Shown: positions 8,994 to 18,086 of the stretch, one piece after another
Numbering within the stretch: the first letter of the stretch is position 1
Layout of the letters: each line of letters opens with the position of its first letter
Assembly (NCBI GenBank): GCA_038131935.1
Contig: JAYPQH010000025.1
Coordinates: 1 to 45,585 of the forward strand
Reading direction: 5' to 3'
DNA length: 45,585 nt
From: Alphaproteobacteria bacterium
GTDB taxonomy: Bacteria; Pseudomonadota; Alphaproteobacteria; UBA8317
The notes under the pieces: model-generated
The model's input: the letters and a program-made list of their open reading frames with translations, nothing else
Databases searched by the model: none
What the model was told of the DNA's origin: nothing
Position numbers and translations under genes: made by a program

Positions 8994-10046
8994 TCATAAA
9001 TTTTTCGCCGCATATTCCTTCATCAGCCCAACAAACCGCTCTACCGCTGATGGAGAAACATCATGATGGATCACTATCCGCATCAAACTTTTGCCTCCTC
9101 CTAGCAAAACACCACGTGCACGAAAGTAATCGCGTAACCGCTGCTGTTGCTCCAAAGGAAGTTTGATAAAGAGCATGTTGGTTTCTACCTTAGCCAACGG
9201 AACCTCCAAACCTGGGATTTCAGCAAGAGCACAGGCTAGATCAAACGCAAGCTGATGGTCTTGTGCCAAACGCTCTGTTTGATGCTCCAACGCAAACAAG
9301 CCTGCGGCCGCAAGTATTCCGGCTTGACGCATGCCTCCCCCAAGCATTTTCCTGATTCTACGCGCTTTTTTGATGAAATCAAATGAACCGACAAGCACCG
9401 AACCTACGGGTGCACCAAGCCCCTTAGATAGACATAAACTCACACTATCAAAGCCCGCTGCCAGAGAAGAAGGTTCAGTTTGTAGCTTCACGGCTGCATT
9501 GATTAGCCGAGCTCCATCAAGGTGCGTTAGCAATCCATTTGCATGAGCACAATGAATAAGCTCTTGATGTTGACTTGGCTGTTGCACAAATCCAGAAACG
9601 GTATTTTCGAGGACCAACAACTTTGAGACGGGCTTATGAATATCATCAGGTGATATGGACTGCCGCACCTGTTCAGGACGTAATCCACCTCTCTCATCTG
9701 TAGAAATTGCGCTGAGCACAACACCACCTAAAACGCTTGCTCCACCTGCTTCATAACTACGAACGTGATATTGGTCACCGGTAAGAATTTCTTCCCCACG
9801 CCCACAATGGCTCAGCATGGCTGTCAAGTTTGATTGTGTTCCACTTGCCATGAACAGACCGGCTTGCTTTCCCAATAACTGTGCGGTTTTTGCTTCAAGC
9901 TGTCTAACTGTAGGATCATCTTCATACACGTCATCACCCACAATAGCTTCGGCCATGGCCTCACGCATCGCGGGGGTTGGTCTTGTGACGGTATCACTTC
10001 GCAAATCAAGCCAAATATTTGAAGATGTAGGGTTGGTGTTAAGCAA
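8994..10046 (-). CDS. ltaE: Low-specificity L-threonine aldolase
   Basis: DLRSDTVTRPT, GDDVYEDDPTV, HLDGARL, the PLP lysine in CLSKGLGAPVGS, and GGGMRQAG. Confidence 0.95.
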   Translation of the reverse strand: MLNTNPTSSNIWLDLRSDTVTRPTPAMREAMAEAIVGDDVYEDDPTVRQLEAKTAQLLGKQAGLFMASGTQSNLTAMLSHCGRGEEILTGDQYHVRSYEAGGASVLGGVVLSAISTDERGGLRPEQVRQSISPDDIHKPVSKLLVLENTVSGFVQQPSQHQELIHCAHANGLLTHLDGARLINAAVKLQTEPSSLAAGFDSVSLCLSKGLGAPVGSVLVGSFDFIKKARRIRKMLGGGMRQAGILAAAGLFALEHQTERLAQDHQLAFDLACALAEIPGLEVPLAKVETNMLFIKLPLEQQQRLRDYFRARGVLLGGGKSLMRIVIHHDVSPSAVERFVGLMKEYAAKNL

Positions 10047-10072
10047 AACAGGCCTCTTTTAAAAGGTACATA

Positions 10073-10694
10073 TTAGTCATGATGATATCTATCCAAAAGC
10101 CATTGAAGATGCGCCTTGATTGTGGGCCACTCATGATCACAAATTGAGTAAACAGCGGTATCACGCAATGTGCCATTTTTCATGATCATATGCTGTCGTA
10201 ACAACCCATCAAATTTAGCACCTAACCTCTCAATTGCACGTCGACTCCTAACATTGAGGGCATGCGTCCGAAATTCTACAGCAATGGCTTGGCAATCTTC
10301 AAAAGCATGTCGCAACAACAAAAATTTGGTTTCTGTGTTAATACCGGTTCGCTGGGATGACGAACGGTACCATGTAGAACCAATTTCAAGTCGTCGATTG
10401 ACATGGTCAATATTCATGTAGGTGGTCATTCCTATGGCTTTATTACAGGCTTTATCAATCACAACAAAGGAAACCATTTGACCCAATTCTGCCAATGTCT
10501 CACGGCGCTGTCGCTCTTTGGTTAACCCCGAAGGTGTGGGAACTGTTGTAAACCATAAGTTGTCCAACGAACCGCTCTGCAAAGCCTCGCAAGTCATCAT
10601 CATGAGATGAATGACTTGGCTCAAGCCGAACGCCTGCACCCTCTAGCACAACCGGACTTACGAAAATATCTGATGTTAATGAAATATTGTCCAT
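10073..10694 (-). CDS. GNAT (RimJ/RimL-type) N-acetyltransferase, frameshift near 10590
   Basis: The N-terminus PVVLEGAGVRLEP (ORF 10500-10694) joins RLEIGSTWY...INTETKFLLLRHAFE...SRRAIERLGAKFDG (ORF 10073-10639). Confidence 0.88.
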
Positions 10695-10753
10695 AGGGTT
10701 AAAAAATCCATGATTGAAAAGCTGCCACTCAATAACTGGAGCATGAACAAACG

Positions 10754-11431
10754 CTAATTATCCGGTTGCAGTCCCATATTCCAAAATTGTATCTCCAACT
10801 GACTCGCCATGGCAAACCGATTGGACAAATCATGCCATCTCGGGTTGCGCTCCACATCATTACCAAGACGACGCTGCGCCACATGATCAATCAAAAGCCC
10901 AACGTCGTGACATAATTTCTGATATTCCTCACTTGCATAGGTAGAGATCCAATCATGATAACGTGTTGACGTTGCCTCAACCTCCAATCTTTTTCCAATT
11001 TCACCATAACCAAGCACGCAAGGCGCCAATGCGGAGAGCAAATCCAAAAGATCACCTGAATGCCCAGCATCCAGGACAAACCTTGTGTAAGCCAGGTTCT
11101 CAGGCCTTTCTGAGGTATTCATAATATCATACTCGGAAATACCAACATGCTGACAGGTACGAATATGTAACGAAATTTCCTCATTAATGAGGCCATGCAC
11201 CATGGAAGCTGCCAACCGCATTTCATCGACTTGATCTGTTTTGGTAATAGCAAGCGCCCAGGCCCGCGAAAAATGGATAAGAAAAAGATAATCCTGCTTG
11301 AGGTAATGAACAAATGCCTCCCAAGGAAGGCTCCCGTCTCTTAGTTTTTCAACAAATTCATGCTTTACATACCCATTCCAGGTCGGAAGACAACATGCGC
11401 GCCACTGCTCAAAAATATTACCATAGGCCAT
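10754..11431 (-). CDS. tenA: Thiaminase II / aminopyrimidine aminohydrolase
   Basis: HYLKQDYLFLIHFSRA, AYTRFVLD, the catalytic Cys in APCVLGYGEIG, WISTYASEEY and LEIQFW. Confidence 0.93.
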   Translation of the reverse strand: MAYGNIFEQWRACCLPTWNGYVKHEFVEKLRDGSLPWEAFVHYLKQDYLFLIHFSRAWALAITKTDQVDEMRLAASMVHGLINEEISLHIRTCQHVGISEYDIMNTSERPENLAYTRFVLDAGHSGDLLDLLSALAPCVLGYGEIGKRLEVEATSTRYHDWISTYASEEYQKLCHDVGLLIDHVAQRRLGNDVERNPRWHDLSNRFAMASQLEIQFWNMGLQPDN

Positions 11432-11505
11432 ATCTTGATCCCCTCTTCAATATTTGTGCTGGTATCTCTTATGCCCAGAATAGGTATCAATGGAACGATT
11501 GGCCA

Positions 11506-12042
11506 CTATTGTTCGCAGGACTCAGCAACTGTATTTTTTAGCGTGGCGCAGGGTTGAAAAAGGAATTTTTCACGACCTTTTCCCCAAGGGCCCATCACCC
11601 CAAAGCTCAACACATCATTGGGTAGTACAATTGCCAAAAATTTTTGAGACTGCTTGCACTGAATAGCCCTGTATTTCTCTCCTTTAAAACGCACAAATAA
11701 AGCCGCCATGTCGGTGTATGTCTTCTGCACTTGAAAAAAGCCATCCTGACAGCCAAGGTACCAACCAGAGGCTTTATTCTTTATGGCAACAAGGTGCTTA
11801 GGCCCCAGCGTTTGAAGACGAAATACCTGGTCACCCTTGCAAATGCCCGCGCGGAAAAACAAGTTTGGTTTACCCGTTGCACCAACACCTAAAAATTTTT
11901 GATCAATAGATTGGATACACATGTCTTCGTTTACAGGGTAGGGCAAGACTTCAGCATAGAGTCTGGGCGCCCCTATCGTGCTCAAAAGCCATACAACACA
12001 AAACAAACGAAAGCTCAAAGACTCTTCCTTCTCAAAAAACAC
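11506..12042 (-). CDS. Exported hypothetical protein with a fascin-like beta-trefoil domain
   Basis: Hydrophobic leader ending APRLYA, then three roughly 40-aa repeats (IQSIDQKFLGV / IKNKASGWYLGC / IQCKQSQKFLAI), each closed by a conserved Phe (DQVF, AALF, REKF). Confidence 0.65.
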   Translation of the reverse strand: MFFEKEESLSFRLFCVVWLLSTIGAPRLYAEVLPYPVNEDMCIQSIDQKFLGVGATGKPNLFFRAGICKGDQVFRLQTLGPKHLVAIKNKASGWYLGCQDGFFQVQKTYTDMAALFVRFKGEKYRAIQCKQSQKFLAIVLPNDVLSFGVMGPWGKGREKFLFQPCATLKNTVAESCEQ

Positions 12043-12150
12043 GCAACTTATCAGGATAATATCATCATCAACCCCACAAGATTATCCGTGAACAGTTGTA
12101 TCAAAGAAGAAAGCATGCTGCACGGCTATTTTTGATCACAAGCCGTATCT

Positions 12151-12369
12151 TTATTTTTGAATGATTTCTTTCAACCACTCTGGGTTTCCTTGAATGGCAT
12201 GAGGTTCTTTGGTGCTTTTGCCGTTAAATTTGGAGCTATGGTGCACTACCCTGGTATTAATTTGAGAAACATCTCCAATTTTTACATCTTTTTTATCATC
12301 AAATTTAAATGACCAAGCACATCCACAAACTGGCATAATCATAGATAATATGAACAAACACCTAAGCAT
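12151..12369 (-). CDS. Small putative lipoprotein, hypothetical
   Basis: MLRCLFILSMIMPVCGC leader with a lipobox-like VCGC, a GAAGGG RBS and a hydrophilic tail. Confidence 0.55.
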   Translation of the reverse strand: MLRCLFILSMIMPVCGCAWSFKFDDKKDVKIGDVSQINTRVVHHSSKFNGKSTKEPHAIQGNPEWLKEIIQK

Positions 12370-12470
12370 AACCAACCCTTCAGACATGGATTGGTATCAC
12401 AGTAGAACATATGAGCTAAAAATTCCATCTTTTTATAAGATAAATGCGCCCAATATTTTTAAAACTTTGC

Positions 12471-13346
12471 CTAGCGTGCTGATGCTTGACCTTGGACTGT
12501 GAAAAAAGAAGCTGATTTGGGCTGCCGAGGCAATTCAAAAGATAACTCCATCATGCGCGCCTTACCCGTTTTGTGCCCTCGAATAATATTACCCTCGCTT
12601 GTATTGGGCATGGGATTCGGAGCCATGGGAACGGCATCTTCTGCACTATACACACAAATATAAAGCCCACGCGCTTGTGTTGAACTATTGGCTTCCGACC
12701 CATGCAAAAGGCGGGTATGCATCAAACAGACCGAACCGGCCTGCCCAACGATTGGGACAGCTTGCTTTTGCAGAATTTCCTCATCATGGGCGGGTATACG
12801 CCCCACAAACTGATCACCCGAAAAAAGACTGTAAAGAGGCCCTTTATGGCTTCCGGGCACAACCATCAAACAACCATTTTCCAACGTCATATCATCAAGG
12901 AGTATGAGAGCTGTGACCACATCATCATTAGAATGCGGCGTGAAACCAAAATCCTGATGATAATGAACTGTGGTCGCCGAACCAGGGCATTTGAGATTAA
13001 TTTTGCAATGATGAAATTTGATATTAGGGCCTACCAAATCTGCCACCATATCCGGCACATTGGAGTGGCGCATGACTTGGGTATAAGCAGGATAGATATC
13101 TGAAGGGTTATTGATACGCCTCAAGGCTGGATGATCTGGGGTATGCTCAGTACCCATGTCAAAACGAGGACGCCCATCGATTGTTGCTGGCCCATAGGGG
13201 CTATCATGGGCGCGACTCTCTTCAACCCATTGCGCACGCGCCTCTTGCATAGCCTTCAGCTCATCATTTGTGACAGCGTTGGCCACAACCAAATAACCGT
13301 CTGAAAAGAATGCATTGCGCTGCTCTTCACTCAAAATCACCTGCAT
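12471..13346 (-). CDS. Phytanoyl-CoA dioxygenase (PhyH) family Fe(II)/2-oxoglutarate dioxygenase
   Basis: HxD in HYHQDF, LDDMTLENGCLMVVPGSH, distal His in LLHGSEAN, followed by the 2OG-binding Arg. Confidence 0.92.
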   Translation of the reverse strand: MQVILSEEQRNAFFSDGYLVVANAVTNDELKAMQEARAQWVEESRAHDSPYGPATIDGRPRFDMGTEHTPDHPALRRINNPSDIYPAYTQVMRHSNVPDMVADLVGPNIKFHHCKINLKCPGSATTVHYHQDFGFTPHSNDDVVTALILLDDMTLENGCLMVVPGSHKGPLYSLFSGDQFVGRIPAHDEEILQKQAVPIVGQAGSVCLMHTRLLHGSEANSSTQARGLYICVYSAEDAVPMAPNPMPNTSEGNIIRGHKTGKARMMELSFELPRQPKSASFFTVQGQASAR

Positions 13347-13462
13347 GATGAACCCCCTGTCATGCATACGCCATAGCGTCAGATCTAACTTACAAGCTCA
13401 ATGTTGGTTGCTTTGTGCTTATGTGTCAAACCCACATGTCATGATCCTGCATGACCAAGAGA

Positions 13463-14266
13463 TTATAACTTATAAGACGCATCAATGCGATCTAGTTTGC
13501 GAAGCAAAGCAGGCCATTCTAGAACCCCGAAAGGACGGCGGGCTTCTGGCTTATACATGTCAGCAGTTCGCTGGATTACATCCGGACTAGGCTTCACTGG
13601 TGTTTGGTGCGCACTCATCGCAAGAAGCTGTGCCTTACAAGCCAACTCTGCCCGGTAGATATTGCTAAAGGCTTGTGGGGTGGACGCTCCCGTGACCAGC
13701 AATCCATGGTTCCGCAATACCATAAGTTCTGCCCTTCCAAGATCTGCTATCAGAGACTCTTGCTCTGCTTCGTCAACAACAACAGATTGGTAATCATGGT
13801 AAGCTACCTCACCAAAACGCATAGCTGTTTGGGTCAATGGCAAAAAACCGTCCGGCAAGCATGATACAGCCATACCCGCCGGTGTATGGGTATGGATCAC
13901 ACAATGCGCATCTTCTCTTGCTTGATGGATAGCACTATGAATGACAAATCCTGCCCGATTAAGCCCGTAATCATTATCTGGCTGGTATAAAATTTCTCCA
14001 TCAAAGCGCACCTTCAGCAGACATGAAGCCGTTACCTCCTCGTAAAGATAACCATAAGGATTTATCAAAAATACATCCTTCTGACCTGGCACCCTGGCAG
14101 AGGCATGGTTGGCGATCATTTCATCCATATCCCAAAGTGCAATCAAACGATATAATGCCGCCAAATGGACACGCTCACGCCACTCTTCTTCGGGCACTTT
14201 TCCTCGCAAGGAGGGGATATCTGTGCTGTAATTTTTATTTTCTAACATGTTCCAAACATCGGCCAT
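13463..14266 (-). CDS. Class II aldolase/adducin family protein
   Basis: NHASARVPG, FLINPYG, AGFVIHSAIH, CVIHTHT and LRNHGLL. Start placed at MADVWN. Confidence 0.92.
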   Translation of the reverse strand: MADVWNMLENKNYSTDIPSLRGKVPEEEWRERVHLAALYRLIALWDMDEMIANHASARVPGQKDVFLINPYGYLYEEVTASCLLKVRFDGEILYQPDNDYGLNRAGFVIHSAIHQAREDAHCVIHTHTPAGMAVSCLPDGFLPLTQTAMRFGEVAYHDYQSVVVDEAEQESLIADLGRAELMVLRNHGLLVTGASTPQAFSNIYRAELACKAQLLAMSAHQTPVKPSPDVIQRTADMYKPEARRPFGVLEWPALLRKLDRIDASYKL

Positions 14267-14357
14267 GTTTCTCTGCCCTTTCTCGTCACTCTCCACTCTT
14301 GAGCTAAGATCATAATTCAGCATAACGTTGCGCTCAGAACAATGAGAAATTCAAGGG

Positions 14358-15322
14358 ATGACAGAAATGGCCAAAAAGCAAATTGCAGTGTTGGATGATT
14401 GGATGGACATAGCAGCGCAAATGGTACCATGGTCTGAATGCGAGGATTGTGCATTCACCTTTTTTAAAGAACCATTTGCTGATGAAGATGCAGCAAAAGA
14501 AGCGCTCCAGCCCTTTCATGGTCTTCTCTTGATGCGTGAACGCATGCCACTAAAAGCGTCTTTGATTGACGCACTGCCCAATCTGGAAATCGTTGTCACA
14601 GCAGGACGCCGCAATCTTTCCGTGGATCACGAAAGATTAAAACAACGCAATATCATTTACTGCGGTACCGATGCTGTAGGCACAGGGACGGTTGAATTAA
14701 CATGGTCTCTTATTTTGAATTTATTTCATCGCACCCATATCCATGCGGAAGCCATGAGGCAGGGCCTCTGGCAGACATGTTTGGGCAATATGCTTGAAGG
14801 AAAAACTATTGGGATTGTGGGTCTAGGTCGACTAGGAGGTCGGGTTGCACAAATTGCACAAGCTTTTGGCATGAATGTCATTGCCTGGTCAGAAAACATG
14901 ACCGCAGAAAAAGCTGCACAATATGGCGCGACCCATGTATCCAAGCAGGAACTTTTTGCCCAATCCGACCTGGTTACCATCCATTTGGTACATTCACCAC
15001 GAACAAGGGGAATTGTAGACCGGGCAAGCCTCGAACAAATGAAGCCATCAGCATATTTGGTGAACACATCACGTGCGGGCATCATTGAAGAAGACGCTTT
15101 GCTGGATCTTCTTCAGCGGAAAAAATTGCAGGTGCAGCTTTAGATGTTTACAATCAAGAACCATTGCCGGCAGACGCCAACATCAGACAATGCCCCAACC
15201 TTTTGCTTACACCTCATGTAGGCTATGTATCTCATGAAAATCTTCACGTTTTCTATGCACAAATGCTCGAAAATCTTCAATCATGGTGCGCCGGTGATGT
15301 CATGAGAAGGCTTGATCTGTAA
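14358..15322 (+). CDS. D-2-hydroxyacid dehydrogenase family protein, frameshift in the A run at 15120-15125
   Basis: GLGRLG and LVNTSRA. The shifted frame continues IAGAALDVYNQEPLP...LLTPHVGYVS to TAA at 15320-15322. Confidence 0.92.
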
Positions 15323-15342
15323 AAACCAAGCTTTTTCTCATT

Positions 15343-16677
15343 CTAAAGGTTGAGAGACCTCACAGGAAGATTATGGGAAGACCAGATCTGATTTTCGAGA
15401 TCTTTTTGCTGTGATGAACAAAGCACTGTGCGGCTTAGCTCATGGAACTTATCTGACAAATCTTGGTCCGTGAGCGGCCACTCAGGATCCCCTTTTCTGT
15501 GTGGCTGAAATTGCGTGTATTGCTGTCCATCTTTCATGGTGAGCGTAACACGTGCAGCTCTTTTGTGCGGGAATTGCTGATCAATTTCTGGGTCTATATT
15601 CAAAACCACCTTAGAGGCCAGTTCATGAATACGCTCATCCGCCAACCTCTCAGGGGTGAAGGCATCAAGGCGAACAGCACCATACAACAGCGCATGGGCC
15701 AGGGTATATTGCAAGCTGAATTTCGCTTCATAAACCGTTGTTGGTGACAGCTTATCGGTAATGGCTAACGCAGGTGCATAAGTGCCAACTTCAACCTTTA
15801 TGATATCTTCAATACCGATCTTATGTTCAGCCTTAACAATCAACGCCGCATCGATGGCGGCGAAGGTATGTCCGCAGCAACCATGGTTTTTGAAGGTAAT
15901 TTTCTCAATGTTGAAGTCTTGCCCCAAACCTTTTGTGGCAATCGACCAGTCGACATCACGACTCATGGCCACACCCATACCAGCTGGTCCTTCCAAAATA
16001 TCAAGAGCGCCTGTCACACCTTGACGCGCAGATAGTGCAGCAAGAACACCAACATCAGCAGCATGACCTGCGTGAAGAGGCTTACTCATCGCATCGGCGC
16101 GAAAGGCCTGCTGTAACCCAGCAGCCATGGTTCCTACCGTCGCCAAAGCATGTGCTGTTTGATCTTTATCAAGGCCCAACAACAAAGCTGCGGCTGCGGC
16201 TGCACCAAAAGATGACATGGTGGCGGTTGAGTGCCAAAAAGCATAATGGGTGCGCCCCATCGCTTCTGAAAGCCGTGTGCATACCTCGTAACCAGCTGTG
16301 ATGGCGCGCAGAAGCATTTGCATGTCAGCGTCCACCATATCCGCAACAGCAAGAGCCGCAGCAATGGTCGCAGACCCTGGATGCATTGTTCCCTCTTTAT
16401 AAATGTCATCAAATTCTGACGTATGTGAACTTGCACCATTCAACAAGGCTGCATGGCGGACATCGGTCATCATCTCACTTCCCAAAACCCTACATGGTCC
16501 GTTTGATGCTATGTCTTGAAATACCGCACGTAATTTTGGATTTGGGTCCAATTGCGTCCCAGGATATAACGCTGCCAACCAATCCAATAAAGCCCTGCGC
16601 GCATGCCACTCAACTGCTTCAGGCAACTCCATATTTCGTTGGGCTGCCACATAATGTGCAATTTCACCTATCAACAT
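15343..16677 (-). CDS. MmgE/PrpD family protein
   Basis: NGASSHTSEFDD, HPGSATI, GYEV, WHST, KPLHAG, FKNHGCCGHT and KGDPEWPL. Confidence 0.93.
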   Translation of the reverse strand: MLIGEIAHYVAAQRNMELPEAVEWHARRALLDWLAALYPGTQLDPNPKLRAVFQDIASNGPCRVLGSEMMTDVRHAALLNGASSHTSEFDDIYKEGTMHPGSATIAAALAVADMVDADMQMLLRAITAGYEVCTRLSEAMGRTHYAFWHSTATMSSFGAAAAAALLLGLDKDQTAHALATVGTMAAGLQQAFRADAMSKPLHAGHAADVGVLAALSARQGVTGALDILEGPAGMGVAMSRDVDWSIATKGLGQDFNIEKITFKNHGCCGHTFAAIDAALIVKAEHKIGIEDIIKVEVGTYAPALAITDKLSPTTVYEAKFSLQYTLAHALLYGAVRLDAFTPERLADERIHELASKVVLNIDPEIDQQFPHKRAARVTLTMKDGQQYTQFQPHRKGDPEWPLTDQDLSDKFHELSRTVLCSSQQKDLENQIWSSHNLPVRSLNL

Positions 16678-16925
16678 GTCATGTCCTCATCACGCCGTAA
16701 AAAGACGAAGTTTGGCATTATCATTCTCAACTCTGAGTCAAAGTGCAAGACCTACTTTACAGCGCCGCCATGCGGTGACATGATTTCGTCGTCAATTTTG
16801 GCTGCAGTCTATGTCAAATCATTCAAAGCCATGGATTCAGTACAAAATCGTTTTGGTGCATAAGAGAAAGACTGATCAAACAACAATTATCCCTGCACCC
16901 ATCATCGGAAGAGAAGGACCAGATA

Positions 16926-18086
16926 GTGAGCATTGATCTTTTTTTAACAGATGAGCAACGCATGTTCCGAGAGGCTGTTAGCAAATTTGCCCGCGCAGAG
17001 CTTGCTTCAGATGCTGTATCACGCGCCAACAATGACAGGATAGACCCAGAGACCATCAAAAAAATGGTTGATATGGGATTGCTTGGCATCATGATCCCAA
17101 CCAAAGATGGTGGCCAAGGTGGCACCTTGGTGGATGCGATTATTGCCATTATGGAAGTTGCTTTGTCATGTCCACGCAGCGCAGACTTTGTCCAAGCAGG
17201 AAATTTTGGCGCGATTCGTACATTTGCAGAATATGCAAATGATGAGCAGAAGGAACGCTGGCTAAAACCACTTTTGCAAGGCTCATTATTGATGTCGGTA
17301 GGCATGTCAGAGCCTGAGGCTGGTTCGGCTGTTACAGATTTACAAACCACTGCGACCCCAGATGGGGATGGTTATCGTTTGAACGGCACAAAAGTTTTTG
17401 GCACCCATAGCGGACATGCTGATATCATCCTTGCTTATTGCAGGTTTGGGCCCGGGGTTGGCGGAATTGGCTCTGTTATTGTTGAAAAAGGTATGGATGG
17501 GTTCACCAAAGGGCAAGAAATTCGTTACATGAATGGTGAAAAGTGGGCGCAATTATATTTTGATAATGTATATATTCCGCCAGAAAATATATTGCTTGGC
17601 GCGGGTGGTTTTAAAAAACAAATATCTGGTTTTAATGTGGAACGCTTGGGCAACTCATCACGGGCGGTGGCTGTCGGGCGTCATGCCTATGAGGTTGCGC
17701 GCCAGCACGCACTTACCCGCAAACAGTTTGGACAATTGCTATGTGAATTCCAAGGTATTCAATGGAAATTTGCTGATATGGCTGTGAAGCTTGATGCCGC
17801 AGAAATGATGTTGATGCGCGCGGCTGTGAAAGCAGGTGGAGGATTACCCGATGCTTATGACACATCTACGGCCAAATTGATGTGCAATGAAGCAGGGTTC
17901 TTCGCCGCTAATGAGGCTTTACAGGTCATGGGTGCCTTAGGCTTTGGCGAGGATCATATTGTTCAATATTGCATGCGCCGCACACGTGGCTGGATGATTG
18001 CCGGAGGCACTTTGGAGATACTCCGAAACCGAATTGCCGAGGGTGTTTTCGAGCGTAGATTTGCACAAAGACCCGCCAAATCATGA
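16926..18086 (+). CDS. Acyl-CoA dehydrogenase family protein
   Basis: MSEPEAGS, LNGTKVF, RKQFG...FQGIQWKFADM, ALQVMGALG and IAGGT. Confidence 0.94.
   Translation: MSIDLFLTDEQRMFREAVSKFARAELASDAVSRANNDRIDPETIKKMVDMGLLGIMIPTKDGGQGGTLVDAIIAIMEVALSCPRSADFVQAGNFGAIRTFAEYANDEQKERWLKPLLQGSLLMSVGMSEPEAGSAVTDLQTTATPDGDGYRLNGTKVFGTHSGHADIILAYCRFGPGVGGIGSVIVEKGMDGFTKGQEIRYMNGEKWAQLYFDNVYIPPENILLGAGGFKKQISGFNVERLGNSSRAVAVGRHAYEVARQHALTRKQFGQLLCEFQGIQWKFADMAVKLDAAEMMLMRAAVKAGGGLPDAYDTSTAKLMCNEAGFFAANEALQVMGALGFGEDHIVQYCMRRTRGWMIAGGTLEILRNRIAEGVFERRFAQRPAKS

Noticed and set aside
11440-11530. Possible degenerate TPP riboswitch upstream of tenA (GCTGAG ... ACCT ... GGCATAAGAG on the minus strand)
   Set aside because: It lacks CCTGAT, P5 and a P1/P2 pairing, and the GCTGAG lies inside the upstream CDS. 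An Infernal RF00059 scan would settle it.
15110-15130. Programmed ribosomal frameshift or phase variation at A6 (and at similar runs elsewhere)
   Set aside because: No stimulatory structure is evident, the runs are short, and the same kind of defect hits housekeeping genes such as uppP. Sequencing error is more parsimonious.
16839-16860. Imperfect dyad GTACAAAA-TCG-TTTTGGTGCA as an NtrC site
   Set aside because: The spacing does not fit TGCAC-N7-GTGCA, and only about 5 bp pair cleanly.
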